From: Mycolicibacterium smegmatis
GTDB lineage: Bacteria; Actinomycetota; Actinomycetes; Mycobacteriales; Mycobacteriaceae
Assembly: GCF_001457595.1 (NCBI RefSeq)
Contig: NZ_LN831039.1
Location: 5,700,001-5,732,000 of the forward strand
Direction of reading: 5' to 3'
Length of the DNA: 32,000 nucleotides
Every line of letters begins with the position of its first letter. Within the stretch, counting starts at the first letter, position 1. The position numbers and the translations under genes are program-made. Positions 25,755 to 32,000 of this stretch are shown here, one piece after another. A model generated the notes under the pieces. That model had not been told where the DNA came from, did not search any database, and saw nothing but the letters and a program-made list of their open reading frames with translations.

Positions 25755-25766
25755 TTGTCCGGACAA
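25755..25766. promoter_or_regulatory. Perfect 12-bp palindrome TTGTCCGGACAA (candidate GntR-family operator O1)
   Basis: Lies in the roughly 40% GC divergent intergenic region, 9 bp from the SDR start codon. It has the GT...AC core typical of GntR-family sites. Confidence 0.6.
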
Positions 25767-25776
25767 CATATGGTGC

Positions 25777-25791
25777 TCTTCATATTGAAGA
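25777..25791. promoter_or_regulatory. 15-bp palindrome TCTTCA-TAT-TGAAGA
   Basis: A second, unrelated inverted repeat in the same divergent region. It is AT-rich and could be a site for a different regulator or part of a promoter. Confidence 0.4.
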
Positions 25792-25849
25792 ACACTATTC
25801 CGCAGGCATTATTCGGCCGTCAAGGGCGTCTACGGATACTTTCGATCTA

Positions 25850-25861
25850 TTGTCTGGACCA
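25850..25861. promoter_or_regulatory. Imperfect copy TTGTCTGGACCA of the O1 palindrome (candidate operator O2)
   Basis: Shares TTGTC-yG-GAC with O1 (10 of 12 positions). It ends 1 nt before the ATG at 25863 of the propeller gene. The O1-O2 centre-to-centre distance is 95 bp. Confidence 0.5.
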
Positions 25862-25862
25862 C

Positions 25863-27491
25863 ATGCAGTTGCTAACGTCCGACACTGTGACTTCGCCGAT
25901 CTCCCTCGGAAACGCCGCGCCTGCCCGCTACACCGCGAATCCCTCGGTGGCCGAGGGCTGGCATCTGCGGCAGGTCACGGCGCCGAGCCGCCTGTTCGGG
26001 GCGAACGGCCTGCGCACGGGTCCGGACGGCCGGGTCTACGTCGCCCAGGTGACCGGCAGCCAGATCAGCGCCCTCGACATCGTCACCGGCGAGCTGCAGA
26101 CCGTGGCCGCCAGGGGTGGCGACATCATCGCGCCCGACGACGTCGCGTTCGACATCCGCGGCAACCTGTACGCCACCGAGGTCATGGACGGCCGGGTGAG
26201 TGTCCGCGAACCGAACGGCACCACGCGGGTGCTGCGCGACGACGTGCCGTCGGCCAACGGCATCACGTTCCACGAGGGCAGGCTGTTCATCGGCGAATGC
26301 CGCGAAGGCGGACGGCTTCTCGAGTTCGACCTGGCCGGCGGACCACCCCGTGTGCTGCTGGAGAACGTGCCGTCACCCAACGCCATGGAGGTCGGCCCCG
26401 ACGGGCTGCTCTACTTCCCGGTGATGGGCGCCAACGAGATCTGGCGCATCCACCCCGACGGCGGCACCCCTGAGGTGGTGGCCACGGGTCTGGGCGTGCC
26501 CGACGCGGTGAAGTTCGGCGCCGACGGACACCTTGTCTCCACGCAGGTCGCCAGTGGCCAGGTGCTGCGCATCGATCCACGCAGCGGTGAGCAGACCGTG
26601 CTGGCACAGCTCACACCCGGCCTGGACAACCTCACGTTCGCCGACGGGCGCCTGTTCGTCTCCAACTTCACCGGCGCCATCACCGAGATCATGGGCGACG
26701 GTACGACGCGGGATTTCCTCGGCGGTGGACTCAACTGGCCGCTGGACCTCACGGTCGGCGCCGACGGTGCGGTCTACGTCGCCGACGGCACGTACTTCTA
26801 CCGTGTCGGGCCCGACGGATCGCTCGACACCGTCGGCATGCTGTTCTCACCGGGCTACCCGGGCTTCCTGCGTGGCGTGATCGCAGGCGGTGCGGGCGAA
26901 TTCATCGTCACCACGGCCGCCGACACCGTCGCGCGCTACCGTCCGGGATCCGACGAGAGCGAGCCGCTCGCGGCCGGTGTCGACCAACCGTACGGCGTCG
27001 CACTCGCGCCGGACGGGACTGTGGTGGTCGTCGAGCAGGGCGCCGGGCGACTGCTCGCGGTGCGACCGGGATCCGTCGACCTACTCGCCGACGGTCTCGA
27101 CACCCCGGTGGGCGTGGCGATCGGGCCGGACGGCGCACCGCTGGTGTCGGTCGCGGGTGCCGTCCTGCGTGTCACCGGCACGGGCGTGGAACCTCTGGTG
27201 GACGGGTTGCACACGCCGCAGGGACTTCTCGTGCGCGACGGTGCGTTGTACCTCGTCGACGCGGGCAGCAAGGACCTGATCAGCGTCGACCTGACCACCG
27301 GCGTACGCACCACCATCGCGTCCGGACTGCCCGTCGGCCCGCCGCCCGGTGTGGTGCCCAAACCGCTCAAGGGCATGCCGCCGTTCTCCGGGCCGCAGGG
27401 CCCGTTCGCCGGGATCGCCGCGGGCCCCGATGGGACGCTGTACATCTCGGCCGACGGCGACGGCAGCGTGCTCGCGCTGCAACGCAGGTAG
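25863..27491 (+). CDS. Tandem beta-propeller protein (SMP-30/gluconolactonase/LRE-like or NHL-type repeats, about 12 blades), a candidate lactonase or hydrolase
   Basis: The 542-aa product carries 10 or more recurrences of G-[PA]-D-G-x-[LV]-[YFV]-[VF] at roughly 40-45 aa spacing (GPDGRVYVAQ, GPDGLLYFPV, GADGHLVSTQ, FADGRLFVSN, GADGAVYVAD, APDGTVVVVE, GPDGAPLVSV, RDGALYLVDA, GPDGTLYISA). No signal peptide is present. Confidence 0.75.
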   Translation: MQLLTSDTVTSPISLGNAAPARYTANPSVAEGWHLRQVTAPSRLFGANGLRTGPDGRVYVAQVTGSQISALDIVTGELQTVAARGGDIIAPDDVAFDIRGNLYATEVMDGRVSVREPNGTTRVLRDDVPSANGITFHEGRLFIGECREGGRLLEFDLAGGPPRVLLENVPSPNAMEVGPDGLLYFPVMGANEIWRIHPDGGTPEVVATGLGVPDAVKFGADGHLVSTQVASGQVLRIDPRSGEQTVLAQLTPGLDNLTFADGRLFVSNFTGAITEIMGDGTTRDFLGGGLNWPLDLTVGADGAVYVADGTYFYRVGPDGSLDTVGMLFSPGYPGFLRGVIAGGAGEFIVTTAADTVARYRPGSDESEPLAAGVDQPYGVALAPDGTVVVVEQGAGRLLAVRPGSVDLLADGLDTPVGVAIGPDGAPLVSVAGAVLRVTGTGVEPLVDGLHTPQGLLVRDGALYLVDAGSKDLISVDLTTGVRTTIASGLPVGPPPGVVPKPLKGMPPFSGPQGPFAGIAAGPDGTLYISADGDGSVLALQRR

Positions 27492-27497
27492 GCGACG

Positions 27498-28235
27498 GTG
27501 ACCGTCTCCCCCGCCGAACACCGCTACCTGCAGGTGGCGCGCACGCTGCGCAAGGAGATCGTGGACGGCGTGTACCCCGTGGGCTCGCACCTGCCCACCG
27601 AGCACGAACTGTGTGAGCGTTTCGAGGTCAGCCGCTACACCATCCGCGAGGCGCTGCGGCGCCTGCGCGACGACAACCTGGTGGAGTCGCGTCCGCGCGC
27701 AGGCACCACGGTGGTGCCCCGACCCACGACCAACTCCTATGCGCAGGACGTCATGTCGATCAACGATCTGTTGGCGTTCGCGACCGGGGCGCAGTTCACG
27801 ATCGACTCCAACGCCATGGTCACCATCGACGACGAACTCGCCGAGCGCACCGGCCTTCCGGTCGACGAGGAATGGCTCGCGGTGCGGGGGTACCGGCAGG
27901 CCGAGGGCAACAAGCCGCCGGTGTGCCGCACCGAGTACTACATCAACCGGTCATTCGCCGCGGTCGGCCGGTTGTTGCAGCGCCACACCGGTCCGATCTT
28001 CCCGCTGATCGAGGATCTGTTCGGCGTCAGCGTCGTCGAGGTGCATCAACAGATCACCGCGGTGCTGGTGGACACCGATCTCGCCGAACTGCTCAAGGTC
28101 TCCCCCGGCACCGCCGCGCTGCAGATGCAGCGCACCTACACCACATCCGACGGTGAGATCGCGCAGGTGACCGTCAACACCCATCCCTCCGGCCGGTACC
28201 GGCACTCCATGACGATGCGCCGGGTCAAGGGCTGA
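27498..28235 (+). CDS. GntR-family transcriptional regulator, HutC subfamily (UTRA effector domain)
   Basis: The N-terminal wHTH is LPTEHELCERFEVSRYTIREALRRLRDDNLVESRPRAGTTV. The C-terminal part of about 160 aa is of UTRA type. The start is GTG. Confidence 0.9.
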   Translation: MTVSPAEHRYLQVARTLRKEIVDGVYPVGSHLPTEHELCERFEVSRYTIREALRRLRDDNLVESRPRAGTTVVPRPTTNSYAQDVMSINDLLAFATGAQFTIDSNAMVTIDDELAERTGLPVDEEWLAVRGYRQAEGNKPPVCRTEYYINRSFAAVGRLLQRHTGPIFPLIEDLFGVSVVEVHQQITAVLVDTDLAELLKVSPGTAALQMQRTYTTSDGEIAQVTVNTHPSGRYRHSMTMRRVKG

Positions 28236-28236
28236 C

Positions 28237-29769
28237 ATGCGCGCCGAGGACGCCTACGAACGCGGGCTGTGGGTACGGACCACGCTGGCCGATACGCTCG
28301 CCGAGGCCGCGCGGGACACACCGCAACGGGTGCTGCTGATCGACGGAGACGTGCGGCTGACGTGCGCCGAACTGCACAGCCGGGCAAAGGCTCTCGCGCA
28401 CGACATGGCGGCCCGGATGCCCGCGGGCAGCGTGGTGTCGTTCATGCTGCCCAACTGGCACGAGGCCGCGATCGTCTACCTCGCGTCGACGCTGGCCGGT
28501 ATGGTGATCAACCCGATCCTGCCGTCGCTGCGCGACCACGAACTGCGGTTCATCCTCGACGACGCAGCAAGCCGCATGATCTTCATCCCCGGCGAGTTCG
28601 GGCAGCACGACTACGCCGCGATGCTGCAGCGGGTGTGTGCGCACCTGCCGACACCGCCGCAGGTGGTCGTGGTGCGTGGTGAGCCCGGACCGCACACGGC
28701 GTTCACGGCACTGGGTGCCCCGGGTGGCGATCTGCCTGCGCTCGACCCCGACTCCGTGCGCATGATGATGTACACCTCGGGCACCACCGGCCGCCCCAAA
28801 GGGGTCTTGCACAGCCACAATTCGATCCACGCGCTCATCTGTCAGCTGCGTGAGAACTGGATGATCGATCCGGGCGACACCTTCCTGGTGCCGTCACCCA
28901 TCGCCCACATCGGCGGCTCGATCTACGCGTTCGAATGCCCGCTGTTGCTCGGGACCACAGCCGTGCTGATGCAGCGGTGGAACGCCGACGACGGTGTGGT
29001 GCTCATGTCCGAACACCACTGCACCCACATGGCCGGGGCGACACCGTTTCTCGATCAACTGCTCAATGCCGCCGAGCGCGCGGGCACACGCCTGCCCGAT
29101 CTCAAGGTGTTCATCTGCGGCGGCGCGTCGGTGCCGCCTTCGCTCATCCGGCGTGCGTCGACCTGTTTCGAGAAGGCCGTGGTGAGCCGCGTGTACGGGT
29201 CCACCGAGGTGCCCGTCACCACCGTCGGATCGATCGAGCCCGGCGATGTCGAGCACGCCGCGTGCACCGACGGCCGGCCCGGCCTCGCCGAGATCCGGTT
29301 GGTGGACGGCGAGATCCGGGCGCGCGGGCCGCAGATGCTGCTGGGTTATCTGCATGCCGAGGACAACGCATTCGACGAGCAGGGTTTCTTTCGCACCGGG
29401 GACCTCGGCCGCTGGGTCGACGGCGACTACCTCACGGTCACCGGCCGCGCCAAGGACCTCATCATCCGCAACGGCGAGAACATCTCACCCAAGGAGATCG
29501 AGGACATCCTGGTCGGCGAGCTGGGTATCAACGAGATCGCCGTGGTGGGTCTGCCCGATGAGCGCACCGGTGAGCGGGCGTGCGCGGTGGTGGTCACCGA
29601 AGACGGTGCGCGACCCGACGTCTCGGCATTGGCCGAGGTGCTCACCAAGGCCGGAGTCGCCAAGTTCAAGATCCCCGAGCAGGTGGAGATCTGGGACGCC
29701 CTGCCCAGGAACGATGCGGGCAAGGTGCTCAAACACCAGATCCGGACACAGTTGTCGAAGGTGGAGTAG
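28237..29769 (+). CDS. AMP-dependent acyl-CoA synthetase/ligase
   Basis: The AMP-binding motif YTSGTTGRPKGVLHSH is present, plus GYLH...FRTGDLG, RAKDLIIRNGENISPKEIE and the terminal GKVLKH. Confidence 0.92.
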   Translation: MRAEDAYERGLWVRTTLADTLAEAARDTPQRVLLIDGDVRLTCAELHSRAKALAHDMAARMPAGSVVSFMLPNWHEAAIVYLASTLAGMVINPILPSLRDHELRFILDDAASRMIFIPGEFGQHDYAAMLQRVCAHLPTPPQVVVVRGEPGPHTAFTALGAPGGDLPALDPDSVRMMMYTSGTTGRPKGVLHSHNSIHALICQLRENWMIDPGDTFLVPSPIAHIGGSIYAFECPLLLGTTAVLMQRWNADDGVVLMSEHHCTHMAGATPFLDQLLNAAERAGTRLPDLKVFICGGASVPPSLIRRASTCFEKAVVSRVYGSTEVPVTTVGSIEPGDVEHAACTDGRPGLAEIRLVDGEIRARGPQMLLGYLHAEDNAFDEQGFFRTGDLGRWVDGDYLTVTGRAKDLIIRNGENISPKEIEDILVGELGINEIAVVGLPDERTGERACAVVVTEDGARPDVSALAEVLTKAGVAKFKIPEQVEIWDALPRNDAGKVLKHQIRTQLSKVE

Positions 29770-30543
29770 ATGCAGGTAGCCATCATCACGGGAGCCAGCA
29801 GCGGTATCGGGTTCGGTTGTGCCACAAAGCTCGCCGAAGCCGGTATGGCCGTGCTCGGGGTCGGCCGCGACAAGGAGCGTCTGGCCGAACTCGCGCAGAC
29901 GATCGACGCGCCGGACCGGGTGGCCACCCTGGCGCTCGACCTCACCGATGACGACGCCCCGCAACGCATCGTCGACGCCGCCGTCACGCGATGGGGCAAG
30001 GTCGACTTCCTGATCAACAACGCCGGTGTCGGCAGCCCCAAACCCCTGCACGAGACCGACGACGAATCCCTCGACTATTTCCTGGGTCTCATGCTGCGCG
30101 CGCCGTTCCGCCTGGCGCGCGACGTGATCCCGCACATGGGGCCGGGTTCGGCGATCATCAACGTGACGTCGACGTTCGCGGTGGTCGGCGGTCTGCGCGG
30201 CGGCGCTTACTCGGCCGCCAAGGGCGGACTCACCGCGCTCACCACCCACATCGCATGCCAGTACGGTGCACAGGGAATCCGCTGCAACGCCGTCGCACCC
30301 GGCGTCACCCTCACCCCGATGGTCGCGACGCGACTGGAAGACGACCGGTTCCGAAAGATCAACACCGAGATGACCCCGCACCAGCGCCTCGGCCGCGTCG
30401 AGGACGTCGCGAGCACCGTGGCGTTCCTGTGTTCTGAGGGCGGCAGCTTCATCAACGGGCAGACCATCGTCGTCGACGGCGGGTGGAGTTCGACGAAGTA
30501 CCTGTCCGACCACGCACTGAACTCGGATTGGGTTCCGCGGTGA
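29770..30543 (+). CDS. Short-chain dehydrogenase/reductase
   Basis: AIITGASSGIG, NNAG and YSAAKGG are present. The ATG immediately follows the ligase TAG. Confidence 0.9.
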   Translation: MQVAIITGASSGIGFGCATKLAEAGMAVLGVGRDKERLAELAQTIDAPDRVATLALDLTDDDAPQRIVDAAVTRWGKVDFLINNAGVGSPKPLHETDDESLDYFLGLMLRAPFRLARDVIPHMGPGSAIINVTSTFAVVGGLRGGAYSAAKGGLTALTTHIACQYGAQGIRCNAVAPGVTLTPMVATRLEDDRFRKINTEMTPHQRLGRVEDVASTVAFLCSEGGSFINGQTIVVDGGWSSTKYLSDHALNSDWVPR

Positions 30544-32000
30544 ACCTTTTCGGCCTGCTGGATCAGACCGCGGCACGCCACGGTGACCGGGGTGCGGTGT
30601 TCTGTGGTGAGCGTGAGCTGTACACGTGGACACAACTGCGTGACCGCGCGGCCCGTCTGGGTTCTACGCTCACCGAACCCGGCACACGCGTCGCGGTGGC
30701 GAGTGAGAACCGGCCCGAGATCATCGAGATCATGTTCGGGGTGTGGGCCGCCGAGTGTGTGTACGTGCCCATCAACTACAAGCTGCACCCGCGGGAGATG
30801 GCCGACATCCTCGCCGATTCCGGTGCGGCGCTGGTGTTCGCGTCACCGAAGATCGCACCCGGGCTTTTTGAGGTCACCGACGTTCCCGTCGAGGTCGTCG
30901 GCACCGACGCCTACACGCAGCGGTTCGAATCCGAGCCGGTGCCGGCGCCGCTGACCGATCCGGCCGAGCTCGCGTGGCTGTTCTACACGAGCGGCACCAC
31001 CGGTAAGTCCAAGGGCGCCATGCTCTCCCACCGCAACCTCATGGCGATGACGGTGGCGCATCTGGCGGATTTCGACGCGCCCGACGAGTTCTGCAGCCTG
31101 GTGCACGGCGCGCCGATGTCCCACGGGTCGGGGCTGTACATCCCGCCGTACGTGCTACGCGGTGCGCGCCAGGTGATCCCGGAATCGGGCGCGTTCGAAC
31201 CCGACGAGTTCCTGGACCTGTGCGATCACCATCCCGGTTGCAGCGCGTTCCTGGCACCGACCATGGTGCAGCGGCTCATCCAGACCGGACGGCCGAGGCC
31301 CGCGAATCTGCGGACCGTGGTCTACGGCGGCGGGCCGATGTACGTCGACAGCCTCAAGAAGGCGCTCGCGGCGTACGGGCAGATCTTCGTGCAGCTCTAC
31401 GGGCAGGGCGAGGCGCCCATGACCATCACGGGCCTGCGCCGCGACGACCACCTCGATGCCGACGACGCGACGCTGGGCTCGGTGGGGTATCCCCGCTCGG
31501 GTGTCCAGGTTGCGGTGCTGCGCGCCGACGGCACGCCCGCCGACATCGGCGAGATCGGCGAGATCGTGTGCCGCGGTGACGTCGTCATGAGCGGTTACTG
31601 GAACAACCCGGAGGCCACCGCAGCCACGCTCAAGGACGGGTGGCTGCACACCGGCGACATGGGCTCGTTCGACGCGCGTGGCCACCTCACACTGCGCGAC
31701 CGGTCCAAGGACGTCGTGATCAGCGGCGGCAGCAACATCTATCCCCGCGAGGTCGAGGAGGTCCTGCTCGAGCACCCCGGCGTGGTCGAGGCCGGCGTCG
31801 TCGGCGCGCCCGATGCCGAGTGGGGCGAGATCGTGGTGGCGTTCGTCGTCACCAACGGGACCCCGGTGGACGCGGCCGCACTCGACGCGCACCTGCTGGA
31901 ACGCATCGCGCGGTTCAAGCGCCCCAAGCGGTACGAGTTCATCGATGCGCTGCCCAAGAACAGTTACGGCAAGGTGCTCAAGCGTGAACTCCGCGAGCGG
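30540..32000 (+). CDS. Second AMP-dependent acyl-CoA synthetase/ligase, 3'-truncated by the window edge and absent from the supplied ORF track
   Basis: My own translation from GTG 30540 (GTGA overlap with the SDR stop) gives VNLFGLLDQTAARHGDRGAVFCGERELYTW...LFYTSGTTGKSKGAMLSHRNL...GWLHTGDMGSFDARGHLTLRDRSKDVVISGGSNIYPREVEEVLLEHPGV...RFKRPKRYEFIDALPKNSYGKVLKRELRER. All 487 codons are open to base 32000. Confidence 0.9.
   Translation, partial: MNLFGLLDQTAARHGDRGAVFCGERELYTWTQLRDRAARLGSTLTEPGTRVAVASENRPEIIEIMFGVWAAECVYVPINYKLHPREMADILADSGAALVFASPKIAPGLFEVTDVPVEVVGTDAYTQRFESEPVPAPLTDPAELAWLFYTSGTTGKSKGAMLSHRNLMAMTVAHLADFDAPDEFCSLVHGAPMSHGSGLYIPPYVLRGARQVIPESGAFEPDEFLDLCDHHPGCSAFLAPTMVQRLIQTGRPRPANLRTVVYGGGPMYVDSLKKALAAYGQIFVQLYGQGEAPMTITGLRRDDHLDADDATLGSVGYPRSGVQVAVLRADGTPADIGEIGEIVCRGDVVMSGYWNNPEATAATLKDGWLHTGDMGSFDARGHLTLRDRSKDVVISGGSNIYPREVEEVLLEHPGVVEAGVVGAPDAEWGEIVVAFVVTNGTPVDAAALDAHLLERIARFKRPKRYEFIDALPKNSYGKVLKRELRER

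Noticed and set aside
1-32000. Search for CRISPR arrays, rRNA, transposase/IS ends, toxin-antitoxin pairs or known defence-system genes
   Set aside because: I saw no regularly spaced direct repeats, rRNA-like segments, DDE/serine/tyrosine recombinase motifs, nuclease/helicase/ATPase defence signatures or small TA-like gene pairs on either strand. The GNAT gene is paired with a membrane protein, not with an RHH/antitoxin-type partner.

Overview
This is a high-GC (about 67%) actinobacterial chromosomal window. The gene content looks Mycobacteriaceae-like: a CmtR-type ArsR sensor, an Hsp18-type small heat-shock protein, an MPT63/DUF1942 secreted protein and paired FadE-type acyl-CoA dehydrogenases.

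Layout from left to right:
(1) Bases 1-884 have only about 48-55% GC. They hold one orphan ORF and end in a 44-nt tRNA 3'-half-like fragment. This looks like the attR-side end of an integrated island.
(2) A DUF1232 membrane protein is followed by a metal module: a nested-palindrome operator, a CmtR-like ArsR repressor and a membrane-only CDF-like transporter. A cytochrome bd-type oxidase pair follows directly.
(3) A 38-45% GC orphan region drives an 82-aa secreted Gly/Pro/Trp-rich peptide with an HWKHHH tail. The peptide gene is closed by a textbook hairpin plus T-tract terminator.
(4) A thiolase, a carotenoid-cleavage-type oxygenase and a tandem-HxlR regulator are translationally coupled.
(5) A near-consensus CIRCE element sits upstream of an Hsp18-like sHSP.
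(6) Miscellaneous genes follow: GNAT, small membrane protein, DUF985 cupin, DUF849/BKACE, VOC and an MPT63-like protein.
(7) Bases 13331-32000 form a divergent two-operon catabolic supercluster. The minus-strand operon has 11 genes: SDR, Rieske oxygenase, luciferase-like monooxygenase, type I Baeyer-Villiger monooxygenase, SDR, family III CoA-transferase, ACAD alpha/beta pair, enoyl-CoA hydratase and a second ACAD alpha/beta pair. The plus-strand operon encodes a roughly 12-blade beta-propeller, a GntR/HutC regulator, an acyl-CoA ligase, an SDR and a second acyl-CoA ligase.

The last ligase (30540 to the window end) is absent from the supplied ORF track because it has no stop codon in the window. 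I found no rRNA, complete tRNA, CRISPR array, transposase or recognisable defence system. The best candidate for an undescribed system is the catabolic supercluster and its palindrome-rich control region. Its substrate is inference only. All family calls rest on motif recognition by eye, and no database search was possible.
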